A DNA stretch of 64,000 nucleotides, taken from contig OZ220733.1 in assembly GCA_965116875.1 (NCBI GenBank), positions 3,296,001 to 3,360,000 on the forward strand, written 5' to 3'. The position numbers and the translations under genes are program-made. The stretch comes from Candidatus Latescibacterota bacterium (GTDB lineage: Bacteria; Latescibacterota; UBA2968; GCA-2709665). Under the pieces are notes generated by a model. That model did not search any database. It was not told where the DNA came from and was given only the letters and a program-made list of their open reading frames with translations. Positions 48,439 to 58,436 of this stretch are shown here, one piece after another. Every line of letters begins with the position of its first letter. Position 1 is the stretch's first letter.

Positions 48439-51400
48439 ATGTTCAATCTGGCACTGTTGAGCAATGGCAGCAGGCCGTACGTGAGCAGTATCGCGTACAA
48501 CAACCACGCCTCCCGGATCAACGACGGAATCAGGCCGGGCGAAGCAGCCTCCACGAGCGACACGGCCTGGGTCTCGGCGGCGGAATGCCTGCCGCAGTGG
48601 GCGGCGGTCGTGTTTCCCAGGGTCGGCCGCGTTGAGCGTGTTGAGATCCACTGGGGGAGGGGGCGTATGCCCGAGTCCTCCCGCGCGTTCGTCGTTCAAG
48701 GGAGGATTGACGGCGCCTGGTTCGCCATCGCTGCGGCGCAGGTTCCCAATCCGGAATCCAGGACCGTGCTGTCATTCGAATCCGTTCAGGTGGAGGCGGT
48801 ACGCATATGGCAGGACGTCGATGGAGGACCGGAATCCACGCCGGGCCGGATGCACGTGGCGCAGCTTGAAGCATACGGCGAATTCGTGGAAGGTGAGGCA
48901 GTGGATTTTCTGAAGATCCGTGATGCGCTCCGGGAGGAATGGGAGGATCATTTTCGAAGGTCAAGGCGTGAGATCACCCGGGAGGTACTGGATCGAATCG
49001 ATCGGTCGCCCGTCGAGCGTCCGTCAGCCGGGCTCGCAGGAGCTGAAGAAATCGCGCGTGCCCGCAGGAACCGTGCCGCGACGGGATGGGGCAGCGCCCA
49101 GGCGGAGGAAATCCTGAAGGACGCCTCGTGGTGGCTGGACAAGGACGATGCGTTCATCTACCGGATGATACCCACGCAGAATCCGCGCGCCATCTCGCCC
49201 AGCTACGAACGGGGCTGTCCGATCCACGGAGGCGGACGCAAGTGCATGCGGACGAATACGGCGCTGGAGTACCGCTGGCAGTGCGCAATCGGCGGAGAGT
49301 GGTGGTACAACGGGGCGGTCGTACGCAATCCGGCCACGGGTAAGCCCGTGGAGGTTTGGGACGACGATGACGGATGGATCGCGCCGGAGGGTTTCGCCAA
49401 TCCCGGGACCATCTACCACTTCAATTCCGCGTGGCGATACTACGTTCTCTCGAAGCTGTTCTTCCATCCCTACGAGTTGACGATCGCATCTCCCGATGCT
49501 TATACCGGCGGCACGGCTTTGCTTCAGTTGTCGCGCGCTTTCGCGATCACCGGCGACCAACGGTATGCGCATAGAGCCGGCGTCATGCTGAACCGGCTGG
49601 CGGAGGTCTACCGGTCCTACAATGGCACGGTTGACGAACAACGTCCGCTCACGCGCGGCTACCTGGTGCAGGTGAGCTGGGAGGAAATGCCGATATACAA
49701 TTGTATGACGGCTTACGGCCTGGTGATGGATTCGATGCGGCAGGACGAAGCGCTCCTGGAATTCTTCAAGTCGAAGGGTGACTGCGACTACAACGGGGAC
49801 GGGCGTGTGAATTTCGAGGACATCCGCTACAATATCCGTCACAATCTGTTCGGCTACATGTACGAGTGGTTGCACCGGGCGATGGCGATCCAGACGGGGG
49901 ACTACATCGTCCGGGAGGGATTGGTACTCTGGGCGCTGGGGGCCATGCTCGGAAACGAGGAGATGGTCGACGAGGCCATCGAAGGCCGGTACGGACTGGC
50001 CGTCAATCTGACCAACAACACGTTCAGGGACGGCAAGTGGTGGTACGATGCGCCCGGATACTCGGTGAGTTCGATTACCCGGACGATTCTCGACCGCCTG
50101 TTTTCGATGAAGGGCACGGACCGGCGTCTGGATTCACGCCTTCGAATCCGGGAGTCCATAGAATTCGCCCGGAACATCTACTGCGACGGCAGAATTCCTC
50201 CAATCGGCGATACGGGCGGTGGCGATCTGAGGATCAAGGTGCTGGATCCGCTCGCGAATTGCGATGTTGAAGAACTGGCGTATATCCACACGGGGGATGA
50301 CGTATACCGGAATCGTCTGCTCGCGATTTCGGAAGGAGACGTGGACGGGATCAGAGAGCGGTACGCCGATGCCAGCCTGCTGTTTCACGCGGAACCGATC
50401 CGTGGAACAGCCGGGCCGTACGTGCCGCGTACGACCGTCTTTCACGACTCGGGAATCGCGATACTGAGAACGGGACACGATATCGCGACGAGGAAGCACC
50501 TCGTCCTGAACTACGGGAAGGGCAGCAGCGGGCACGGGCACCGGGACAAGCTGTCGATCAACCTCATCACCTTCGGGTATGATCTCGCGTGCGACCTGGG
50601 GTATCCGACGACCTTTACCCACGATAAGGTGGACGGCTGGGAGAAGCATACCGCCAGCCATGCCACCGTCTGCATCGACGGGCGGGCTCAGGAGATCGCC
50701 ACGGGCAGCCTGCGGTTCTTCGGGCACACGCCGGGAATGCAGACCGTCTGCGCCTCGGGAGAAGCGGCGTATCCGGGATGCGCTGAGGTCTACGAACGGA
50801 CGCTCGTGATGGTGGACGCGCCCGGCTCGGACGCCTACGTCGTCGACGTGTTCCGTGTAAAAGGTGGGTCCACGCATGACTACATGTTCCGGAGTCTGAG
50901 CGGAGATGACGGTGATCATCTCAAGCTGGAATTCCCGGCAGGCACGGAGACGCTGCGCCAGGCCCGGGGTACCGCCGCGGGAGAAAAGGTCGCGTTTGGG
51001 ACGTCGCCGGGATTGGGATACATCAGGGACGTCAGCCGGTCGCTGTGCGATCGTGAATGGTCTGCCACGTGGCGGGCGGGAGATGAGGAGAATACGGGGA
51101 TCCGCCTGACGATGGTCGGGCAGTCCGGCAGAGAGATTGTAAACGGAAAGGGAGAAGGATTCGGGTTTTTCGGTCAGAGTCCCTGGGACGCCTGTGTTGC
51201 GGTCAGACAGTCAGGCGGCGAGTCGGTGTTTTCGGGCGTCCTGGAACCCTTCCAGGGTGACCCGTTCATTGAGTCGGTGGAAGCCATGGAAGTCACCGGC
51301 GGCATCGGCGCTAAGATCCGCCTGGACGGACGGGTCGATTGCGTGTTTCGCAGGCTGGAGAAGGGGGCGGTCTGCACGGCGGAGATCGACGGTATACCGT

Positions 51401-52074
51401 TGGCGTTCGACGCGGAGGTGGCGAGGATTGCCAGACACGAGTCGGGCCGGCGCGACCTGCAGATCGTACAGGGCATCCGGCTGCGATTTGGAAATGAGGT
51501 TCTCGATTGCGGGGCGATACCGGCGGGCCGGATCGAGTCGATCGATCCGGAAGAACGGACCGTCATTGTTGCCCTGGACTCCGGAAACAGGATCGCGGAA
51601 GGGGATATGGTTGTCTTCAGGAGGCCCGCGTACACCTGTAATTCCAGCTACGAGATCCTCACCGCTGAAGTTGTGGACGGGAACCGGTACAGGTTGGGAT
51701 TGCACATGTCCTTCAATCTGTCGGAGGGCGTGGTGCGGTCCGTGGACCGGGCGGGGGGCGTGTTTGCCACGGACACGTGTATGACCAAGTTGAAAGCGTG
51801 CCCGGGGCTGTTCGACGGAAAGGCGATCCGCACGGGGGGAGAAACCGTCGGGGCGATCGAGACGGCAGGTCCCGATATTCTGACGCCGGAAGAACGTCGG
51901 TTCGCGACAACTTCGGACGAAGAAGCGCCGGCGAGCGGAACGATGGCTTATTTCCGGTTCAACGAACCGCGCTCCGTTTCCGGTCTGAACGTCGGCGACC
52001 GGTTCATGGTATGCGACCTGAATGAGGGCGACCGGTTCACGGTCATGCGATCGGCTTACAGGACCATCGCATAG
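48439..52074 (+). CDS. Heparinase II/III-like polysaccharide lyase with N-terminal discoidin (F5/8)-like domain
   Basis: AAGGAG RBS and ATG 48439; INDG..AWVS..PQWAAV; YDAPGYS, PPIGD, GHGHRDKL, DLGY, TASHATV. Confidence 0.75.
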   Translation: MFNLALLSNGSRPYVSSIAYNNHASRINDGIRPGEAASTSDTAWVSAAECLPQWAAVVFPRVGRVERVEIHWGRGRMPESSRAFVVQGRIDGAWFAIAAAQVPNPESRTVLSFESVQVEAVRIWQDVDGGPESTPGRMHVAQLEAYGEFVEGEAVDFLKIRDALREEWEDHFRRSRREITREVLDRIDRSPVERPSAGLAGAEEIARARRNRAATGWGSAQAEEILKDASWWLDKDDAFIYRMIPTQNPRAISPSYERGCPIHGGGRKCMRTNTALEYRWQCAIGGEWWYNGAVVRNPATGKPVEVWDDDDGWIAPEGFANPGTIYHFNSAWRYYVLSKLFFHPYELTIASPDAYTGGTALLQLSRAFAITGDQRYAHRAGVMLNRLAEVYRSYNGTVDEQRPLTRGYLVQVSWEEMPIYNCMTAYGLVMDSMRQDEALLEFFKSKGDCDYNGDGRVNFEDIRYNIRHNLFGYMYEWLHRAMAIQTGDYIVREGLVLWALGAMLGNEEMVDEAIEGRYGLAVNLTNNTFRDGKWWYDAPGYSVSSITRTILDRLFSMKGTDRRLDSRLRIRESIEFARNIYCDGRIPPIGDTGGGDLRIKVLDPLANCDVEELAYIHTGDDVYRNRLLAISEGDVDGIRERYADASLLFHAEPIRGTAGPYVPRTTVFHDSGIAILRTGHDIATRKHLVLNYGKGSSGHGHRDKLSINLITFGYDLACDLGYPTTFTHDKVDGWEKHTASHATVCIDGRAQEIATGSLRFFGHTPGMQTVCASGEAAYPGCAEVYERTLVMVDAPGSDAYVVDVFRVKGGSTHDYMFRSLSGDDGDHLKLEFPAGTETLRQARGTAAGEKVAFGTSPGLGYIRDVSRSLCDREWSATWRAGDEENTGIRLTMVGQSGREIVNGKGEGFGFFGQSPWDACVAVRQSGGESVFSGVLEPFQGDPFIESVEAMEVTGGIGAKIRLDGRVDCVFRRLEKGAVCTAEIDGIPLAFDAEVARIARHESGRRDLQIVQGIRLRFGNEVLDCGAIPAGRIESIDPEERTVIVALDSGNRIAEGDMVVFRRPAYTCNSSYEILTAEVVDGNRYRLGLHMSFNLSEGVVRSVDRAGGVFATDTCMTKLKACPGLFDGKAIRTGGETVGAIETAGPDILTPEERRFATTSDEEAPASGTMAYFRFNEPRSVSGLNVGDRFMVCDLNEGDRFTVMRSAYRTIA

Positions 52075-52088
52075 GATTCGCAACCAAC

Positions 52089-52203
52089 AAAAAAGGCCAT
52101 TACCAGAGGCCCCAAGGTAGTGGTATATGCGGGCTGACGATCGATTGAACGATTTTCAGGTGCCGCTGAAGGTTGGCTACCTCTGGTGCCTGGGCAATGG
52201 CTT
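52089..52203 (-). ncRNA. Candidate stand-alone ~115-nt structured RNA, family not recognised
   Basis: Minus-strand TTGACA-17-TATCTT promoter directly upstream; 5' gccattgcc pairs with 3' ggtaatggc; ends in U6; lies between convergent genes. Confidence 0.6.
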
Positions 52204-52210
52204 GCAAAAC

Positions 52211-52239
52211 AAGATAGAACCGCCCAATCGGGATGTCAA
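52211..52239 (-). promoter_or_regulatory. Sigma70-type promoter of the candidate ncRNA
   Basis: TTGACA (52239-52234), 17-nt spacer, TATCTT (52216-52211). Confidence 0.7.
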
Positions 52240-52297
52240 CGGGAAAAGCACGCCAGGCGTGGGAAGTTCGTAGATGCTGGTCGTCCTGGTTCCGAAT

Positions 52298-52924
52298 TCA
52301 TGAATTTCGGATGAGTTCGACCAGATTTCGGGTTGCGGCCTCCGGGTCGGCCTGGCAGCAGACAGCGGATATTACCGCGATGCCGTGGGCGCCCGACCGC
52401 GCCACGTCTGCCGCGGTACCCGCGCCGATGCCGCCGATTGCAATGACCGGCGCCCGGGCGGCGCGGGTGAAATCGGCCAGCTTTTCGAGTCCCTGCGCTT
52501 CGCCCGCGTCGCTCTTCGAGCCGGTTGGAAAGACAGGTCCGAAACCCACGTAGTCCGCGCCGTCCAGGATGCCCTGTCGCGCTTCATCCGGATTCCCGGC
52601 GGACACGCCGATGATCCGCCCGGCGCCCAGAAGATCTCTGGCCATCGCAACCGGAAAGTCGTCCTGGCCGAGGTGTACGCCGTCGGCGTCGGCGGCGAGT
52701 GCCACGTCGACTCTGTCGTTGACGATGAGGGGGACGCCCGACCGGGCGCAGATTTTCCGCATAGCCCGGGCGGTCTCGATCATATTGCGCGTAAATCCGC
52801 TTTTCTGACGGTACTGTACGGTGTCTGCGCCGCCCGCGACGGCCATCCGCGCCAGTTCGGCATGGGTGTGGCGAGACTGCAGAATGGAGTCCGTGAGAAC
52901 GTGGAGGGCGCCGATTTTCTTCAT
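52298..52924 (-). CDS. thiE: Thiamine-phosphate synthase
   Basis: VQYRQK, LIVNDRVDVALA..ADGVHLGQDD, GPVFPTGSK, AIGGI. Confidence 0.93.
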   Translation of the reverse strand: MKKIGALHVLTDSILQSRHTHAELARMAVAGGADTVQYRQKSGFTRNMIETARAMRKICARSGVPLIVNDRVDVALAADADGVHLGQDDFPVAMARDLLGAGRIIGVSAGNPDEARQGILDGADYVGFGPVFPTGSKSDAGEAQGLEKLADFTRAARAPVIAIGGIGAGTAADVARSGAHGIAVISAVCCQADPEAATRNLVELIRNS

Positions 52925-53718
52925 GGTTCGCGGTCGAGAAAGAAGAAGTGATTGGCCGGACCGGGTCCGCGGCCGACGGAGAGGCCGTGGCGAATGGCTT
53001 CGGTGACGTACGTCTTCGCGTTTTCGACCGCGGATGCGAGGCACTGGCCCCTGGCGAGGTTCGCCGCGATTGCGGCCGACAGGGTACAACCCGTGCCGTG
53101 TGGGCTCCCGCCCGGAAGCCGCGCGCCGGAAAAAACCGTTCCGCCGGATGCGTCGTACAGCACATCAACGGCATCGTTGGAATCGGAAAGATGACCGCCC
53201 GTAACCAGCACGGCCGGGCAGCCCGATTCGAAGATGATGCGCGCCGCTTCCTTCGCGCTATCCAGATTGTCCACCGGCACTCCTGACAGCTCCTGAGCCT
53301 CGCGCAGATTGGGCGTGACGAGCGCGGCCAGGGGCAGCAGACGCTCCTTGACACGTGCAACGGCGTCAGCTTCAAGCAGTTCGAAGCCGCTGGTGGAGAC
53401 CATCACCGGATCGACGACGAGGTTTGGAGCGTCGTGTTCGGCGAGCCCCTCCACGACAACGTCGACAATCCGCCTCGAAGACAGCATTCCGGTTTTCACC
53501 GCCGCGACGTCGAAGTCATCGAAAACCGCGTCGATCTGCGATTCGATGAGGCCCGCGGGCAGTTCGAACGATTTTCTGACCTCCATCGTGTTCTGCGCGG
53601 TCACCGCAGTGACAACCGAGAGGCCGTAGACGCCGTTGGCGTGAAAGGCCTTGAGGTCGGCCTGGATGCCTGCGCCGCCGCCGGAGTCGGACCCGCCAAT
53701 GGTGAGGGCCTGTTTCAT
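52921..53718 (-). CDS. thiD: HMP/HMP-phosphate kinase
   Basis: [35 protein letters not shown]. Confidence 0.95.
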   Translation of the reverse strand: MKQALTIGGSDSGGGAGIQADLKAFHANGVYGLSVVTAVTAQNTMEVRKSFELPAGLIESQIDAVFDDFDVAAVKTGMLSSRRIVDVVVEGLAEHDAPNLVVDPVMVSTSGFELLEADAVARVKERLLPLAALVTPNLREAQELSGVPVDNLDSAKEAARIIFESGCPAVLVTGGHLSDSNDAVDVLYDASGGTVFSGARLPGGSPHGTGCTLSAAIAANLARGQCLASAVENAKTYVTEAIRHGLSVGRGPGPANHFFFLDREP

Positions 53719-54380
53719 GACAACTGCGGATGACGGGGGCCGGATGCGGACGCCCAGGCCTCGAGATAGGCCTTTACGACGGACCCCACGTGCCTGGCCG
53801 TGAGAATGCCCGACATGACGGCAATGCCCGCGGCGCCGCTACGCTTGCAGGCCGCAACCCGCGCGGGCGTGATGCCGCCCAGCGCGTAGACAGGGGAGGA
53901 TGAGTATTCCGTGACGCGGCGAAGGGCCCGGGGTCCCGCGCCGGGACCGTATCCGGGTTTGGAGTTCGGACTGTAGATGGGGCTGAACGTGACGAAATCC
54001 GCGCCTTCGGCCTCTCCACATTCCTTTCTGTTGTGGGTTGACCGTCCGATGAGTATCCGACTACCGTATTGTCGCCTGATGATACACGGCGCCGGCCCCG
54101 ACGTGGGAAGGTGGACGCCCGCGGCGCCGATCTCCCGTGCGAGCCCGGCGTGCGTATTGATGAGCAGACGCGCTTCGTAGTTTGAAGCCCGCCGCTGGAG
54201 GCGAGCCGCAAGATGACGGAGCTCTCCCATTTCGAGATGTTTTTCGCGCAACTGGATGAGCCGTACCCCCGCTTCCAGCGCCTCCTCGAGGACGTCTTCC
54301 AGGCTGCGGGGCGCACACGACGTCCGATCCGCTATCAGATAGAGGGGGGGCAGGCTCTGTACATCCTCTGGCTCATTCAT
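53715..54380 (-). CDS. ThiE-like protein (TenI thiazole tautomerase or second ThiE)
   Basis: IQLREK, GVHLP, GRSTH, SPIY..SKPG, VYALGGI; lacks NDR and GQDD. Confidence 0.75.
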   Translation of the reverse strand: MNEPEDVQSLPPLYLIADRTSCAPRSLEDVLEEALEAGVRLIQLREKHLEMGELRHLAARLQRRASNYEARLLINTHAGLAREIGAAGVHLPTSGPAPCIIRRQYGSRILIGRSTHNRKECGEAEGADFVTFSPIYSPNSKPGYGPGAGPRALRRVTEYSSSPVYALGGITPARVAACKRSGAAGIAVMSGILTARHVGSVVKAYLEAWASASGPRHPQLS

Positions 54381-55152
54381 GGGTAACCGCGCCCTCCATG
54401 GGCGTGGAGGCCGTGGCATACAGCTTTTTCGGGATGCGCCCCGCCTCGTACGCGAGCCGGCCCGCGCGAACGGCCTGACCCATGGCTTCGGCCATAAGTA
54501 CGGGATGGCGCGCGCCCGAAACGGCCGTATTCAGCATCACGCCGTGGCATCCCAGTTCCATCGCCACCGCGGCGTCGGACGCGGTTCCCACCCCCGCGTC
54601 CACGATCACCGGGACGTCCACCGTGTCGAGGATGATGCGGAGATTGTAGGGGTTGCGAATGCCCATTCCCGAGCCGATGGGCGCGCCGAGCGGCATCACG
54701 GCGGCGCAGCCGGCGTCTTCCAGTTTCTTGCAGGTAACGGGGTCGTCGTTGCAATAGGGCAATACCGTAAAGCCGTCCCGGATCAGTTCGTCCGTCGCTT
54801 CCAGCAGTCCTGCGACGTCGGGGAAGAGGGTGTCCTCGTCTCCGATCACTTCCAGTTTGATCAGGTTGGTTCCCAGGGCTTCGCGCGCGAGCCTGGCCGT
54901 AAGCACGGCGTCACGCGCGGTAAAACATCCGGCAGTGTTCGGCAACAGTTCGTATTTTTCGCGGTCGATCAGATCGATCAGGCTCTCCCCGGAAGGGTCC
55001 TCCAGGTTGATCCGACGGATGCCCACGGTAACGATTTCCGCGCCGCTTGCCCGGATTGCGTCCAGCATGACCTGCATATTGGGATACCGCGCGGTCCCGA
55101 TGATGAGCCGGGAACCGTACATCGTGCCGGCTATGGTCAGAGCATCAGACAT
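54373..55152 (-). CDS. thiG: Thiazole synthase
   Basis: [37 protein letters not shown]. Confidence 0.96.
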   Translation of the reverse strand: MSDALTIAGTMYGSRLIIGTARYPNMQVMLDAIRASGAEIVTVGIRRINLEDPSGESLIDLIDREKYELLPNTAGCFTARDAVLTARLAREALGTNLIKLEVIGDEDTLFPDVAGLLEATDELIRDGFTVLPYCNDDPVTCKKLEDAGCAAVMPLGAPIGSGMGIRNPYNLRIILDTVDVPVIVDAGVGTASDAAVAMELGCHGVMLNTAVSGARHPVLMAEAMGQAVRAGRLAYEAGRIPKKLYATASTPMEGAVTHE

Positions 55153-55202
55153 AAGTCCCTCTTGCAGCAACGTTTGGCAAACACGGCAAGCCGTCCCGGA
55201 TC

Positions 55203-55409
55203 CTATCCGCCCTGGACCGCGGCGATAATGTCCACCCTGTCCCCGCTGCCGAGCCGCGTTGAAGACCAATTCGCCCTGACGACGATTTCCGCATTGACCG
55301 CAACCGCGATGCCCCTTCGGTCCGGATCGTGCGCAAGGTCGATCAGCAGGTCCCGGATTGTGATACCGCTCCCGACGTTTTTTTCTTCTCCGTTCAAAGT
55401 GATCTGCAT
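55203..55409 (-). CDS. thiS: Sulfur carrier protein
   Basis: 68 aa, IAVAVN, C-terminal GG. Confidence 0.93.
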   Translation of the reverse strand: MQITLNGEEKNVGSGITIRDLLIDLAHDPDRRGIAVAVNAEIVVRANWSSTRLGSGDRVDIIAAVQGG

Positions 55410-55420
55410 GGCGTCCCAAA

Positions 55421-56557
55421 TCAGGCGGCGAAGCGGCCGATGCCGAAGGGCCGGATGTCTTCGGGCGTGTTGCCGGTCAGCACCAGTTCCGCGATGGAAT
55501 ACGAGGTGATGGGCGCGAGCAGAATCCCCTTGCGGTAGTGGCCGGTGGCCATAATGAGGCCATGAACGGGGGTTTTGCCGAGGATAGGCGCATCGTCCCT
55601 GCTTCCGGGGCGAAGACCGGCGGCGGTTTCGATGATAGGCAGGTCATAGACTCCAGGAACCACCTCCCACGCGGCGCGCAGGAGCTCGAAGATACCGCCC
55701 GCCGTCAGGCTGTCGTCGAAACCCATTTCTTCCGAAGTCGCCCCAAGCACCAGATGTCCTCCGTCCTTTGGACACAGGTATGCGACCGCCGATGACGCGG
55801 CCCGGTTGTACCATACGATGGTTTTCAGGGTGCAGTTTTCTGTCATTTGCAGGCGGAGGATCTGGCCGCGGACCGGGCGGACGGGCGGTCTGGCGGGTCC
55901 GGGCACACCCGGTATGAGACGCGACCAGCATCCCGCTGCGAGGATGACCGTGGCCGCCTTGTACGCTCTGTCGCCCGCAACAACACCGCGGACCCTGTCC
56001 TGAGCGACGTCGATGGTTTCGACCGGTGTGGATTCCATGAGGGATCCGCCGGCCTTGAGGAAGGCCCCCCGCAGGGCTTTCATCATCAGTCGATTGTCCA
56101 CCTGGTGGTCTCCCGGACACCAGACGGCGGCGCCGACCTGGGGCGAGAGCTGAGGCTCCCGCGCACGTGCCAGATCGCCGCTCATCCACTGCACGGGCAG
56201 ACCGAGGTCGCGCTGGTAGTCGTAGCGGAAACGGAGGTACTCGATATCGTCTCGGGTGACCCCCACCAGAAGGACGCCGTCCGGGCGGTAACCCACGGAC
56301 AATCCGCTTTCCGACTCGAGTTCCGCGACAAATCCCGGGAATCTCTCCAGGCCCGTCAGGCCGAACCGCAGGAGCGCTTCCTCTTCGTGGCGCACCTCGG
56401 CAAGGGGCGTGAGCATCCCGGCGGAAGCCCGGCTGGCGGCCCGGCCCGCACGGTCCCGGTCGAAGATCAGGACGTCCCGCCCCGCCCTGGCAAGTCGCCA
56501 GCCGATGCCGAGTCCGATAACGCCGGCGCCGACGATAATGATCCGGTCAGATGACAA
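55421..56557 (-). CDS. thiO: Glycine oxidase
   Basis: [35 protein letters not shown]; first gene of the thi operon. Confidence 0.92.
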   Translation of the reverse strand: MSSDRIIIVGAGVIGLGIGWRLARAGRDVLIFDRDRAGRAASRASAGMLTPLAEVRHEEEALLRFGLTGLERFPGFVAELESESGLSVGYRPDGVLLVGVTRDDIEYLRFRYDYQRDLGLPVQWMSGDLARAREPQLSPQVGAAVWCPGDHQVDNRLMMKALRGAFLKAGGSLMESTPVETIDVAQDRVRGVVAGDRAYKAATVILAAGCWSRLIPGVPGPARPPVRPVRGQILRLQMTENCTLKTIVWYNRAASSAVAYLCPKDGGHLVLGATSEEMGFDDSLTAGGIFELLRAAWEVVPGVYDLPIIETAAGLRPGSRDDAPILGKTPVHGLIMATGHYRKGILLAPITSYSIAELVLTGNTPEDIRPFGIGRFAA

Positions 56558-56571
56558 CTGTAATCATCCTG

Positions 56572-56762
56572 AGAAGCTGTCTTAAAATCCCCAGCGGTCT
56601 TCGTACGGCGGCAAAAGCGACGGTCGACGTTTGTCAAACCCACCCAAGAGTGGCGAGGGGCGCGCAGCCACGATACATTCGTATATGGGCGGATTTTCCC
56701 GCCTTGACCGCCACTTTTTCGCTCGTGCTTGGGAACTCACCGGTAATTTAAAAACGGCTTCT
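56572..56762. mobile_element. MITE-like element, copy 1, in the thi operon leader
   Basis: Imperfect terminal inverted repeats agaagctgtcttaaaat / atttaaaaacggcttct; body shared with copy at 59875. Confidence 0.8.
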
Positions 56763-56801
56763 AAAAAAGCCGCCGCCCTCGATCTTGTCGAAAAGCGGCT
56801 G
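56763..56801 (-). terminator. Riboswitch expression-platform terminator
   Basis: Minus strand agccgc..tcga-caaga-tcga..gcggct followed by a U tract, downstream of the TPP aptamer. Confidence 0.65.
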
Positions 56802-56814
56802 GGGTGCGTTTCCT

Positions 56815-56892
56815 CGACTCCCTGCGCCGGCATAATCCGGATCAGGTTCAAAGGGTATGTTCTCAGCTCGGCGGGCGAGCACCCCTGCGTTT
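56815..56892 (-). ncRNA. TPP riboswitch aptamer
   Basis: Minus strand ggggtgc..gctgaga-acatacccttt-gaacctgatccggattatgccggcgcaggga matches the THI-box consensus; upstream of thiO. Confidence 0.95.
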
Positions 56893-56902
56893 TATAGAGA
56901 CA

Positions 56903-56931
56903 AAGATAGCGGTTCGGCCGCGCTCCGTCAA
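56903..56931 (-). promoter_or_regulatory. Sigma70 promoter of the thi operon
   Basis: TTGACG-17-TATCTT directly upstream of the aptamer. Confidence 0.7.
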
Positions 56932-57201
56932 GCGAATCCGCTTGACATCGATGGGCGATTGATTATTAAAGGCAGGGAGAGGTAAGACGGGAGACGGGAG
57001 AAGTTCGAATTCTCCAAATCTGAAAATCGCCGGGCTGTGACTTCAGATCGCCTTTCATCTTCCTGGAAGATCCACTACATCGTCGCAAGGATATGATGAA
57101 TCATGGACAGTAACTTTCTGGTTTTAATTGAGTAAGGCGGGAGCAGACTACGTGCTCTTCCTTCTTCCTTTTTCCTTCTTCCTTCTCTAGGGAGGGCTAA
57201 A

Positions 57202-58392
57202 GTGGCGGATCTAAAATTCAAGGTTCACGCCGGGCCCCACCGGCGAGTCAACTGTCCGGTCTCCGTATTCGTCGGGAGATCGGGCGCGATACAAAGAAAC
57301 GTCGATCTCCTGGATCGACTCGGGACCGGGGACGTCGGTCTGGTTGGTCCGCGCGGCCCCACGCCCTGCCAGGTACATAGCGAGGACGACGGCGTTCGCG
57401 TAAGCTGGATTGTGGACGATCTGCCGGCGGATGAGACGGCGGACTACGGGTTGGAATTCGGGGAGCACACGGGGTCCCGCGGCGGAGTGGTATTGTCGGA
57501 GGCGCAAGACCGAATCGAGGTACGGATCGACGGCGCCTGCTTTACGAGCTATTGCTTCGGAAAGGATCTTGTGCGTCCGCACCTGTATCCGCTGATCGGG
57601 CCGTACGGCGATGGAATCACGCGACCGTTGATCGACGAGGGAGAAGGAGACCATCATCACCACCGGTCCGTCTGGATATCGCACGGCCACGTGAACGGTT
57701 GGAACAACTGGGGCGAAGGCGAGGGCCACGCGTGGACGCGGCATCAGCGTTTCGACGACCTCGAGAGCGGACCGGTCTTCGGCCGGATCGTATCCATAAG
57801 CAACTGGGAGGGCGCGGACGCCTGGCGCGGAGAGCATGGATCGAACGTGATCTGCGAGGAGCGGGCGGCCTGGACATTCTACCGTACCGGATCGGACGTC
57901 AGGATCTTCGATTTGCACGTCACGCTGACCGCCCCGAAAATCGACGTTCTCTTCGGCGACACGAAGGAAGGCGGCCTGGCGTCGATACGCGTCGCCGAAT
58001 CCATGGAAGTGCGGTCCGGCGAGGGCGGAGTGATCGAAAACGCGATCGGGGGCGTCAATGAGGACGAGACCTGGGGCAAACGGGCGGCCTGGTGTCACTA
58101 TACCGGCCCCGTGAATGGCAATCGCGTGGGCGTGGCCATCATGGATCATCCCGACAGCTTCAGGCATCCCACCTACTGGCACGTGCGCAACTACGGCCTG
58201 ATGACGGCCAATCCCTTCGGCCACTCGCATTTTTACGCCGACCCGAATCGGCGCGGGAATCACGTGCTGGCGCCCGGCGAGTCCCTGTCAGGCAGCTACA
58301 GGTTCTACGTGCACAAGGGAGACGCGTCCGAAGGTGGGATCACGGAGCGCTATCACGACTTTGCGCATCCGCCGATCGTGGAGGTCGGATAG
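57202..58392 (+). CDS. DUF6807 (so-called PmoA family) protein
   Basis: RPHLYPLIGP, DHHHHRSVW, FGDTKEGG, WHVRNYGLM..NPFG; GGAGG RBS. Confidence 0.7.
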   Translation: MADLKFKVHAGPHRRVNCPVSVFVGRSGAIQRNVDLLDRLGTGDVGLVGPRGPTPCQVHSEDDGVRVSWIVDDLPADETADYGLEFGEHTGSRGGVVLSEAQDRIEVRIDGACFTSYCFGKDLVRPHLYPLIGPYGDGITRPLIDEGEGDHHHHRSVWISHGHVNGWNNWGEGEGHAWTRHQRFDDLESGPVFGRIVSISNWEGADAWRGEHGSNVICEERAAWTFYRTGSDVRIFDLHVTLTAPKIDVLFGDTKEGGLASIRVAESMEVRSGEGGVIENAIGGVNEDETWGKRAAWCHYTGPVNGNRVGVAIMDHPDSFRHPTYWHVRNYGLMTANPFGHSHFYADPNRRGNHVLAPGESLSGSYRFYVHKGDASEGGITERYHDFAHPPIVEVG

Positions 58393-58436
58393 CCGGTAAG
58401 CGAAAACAGCCGACGCGGAAGGAAGGGAGTTTTCCG

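Noticed and set aside
52089-52203. SRP RNA, tRNA or a riboswitch
   Set aside because: No SRP CAGG..GGAA..GCAGC domain, no cloverleaf, and no same-strand downstream gene; kept only as an unclassified ncRNA candidate
57202-58392. Particulate methane monooxygenase subunit
   Set aside because: Soluble DUF6807-type protein with no TM helices and no pmoB/pmoC; the family name is misleading
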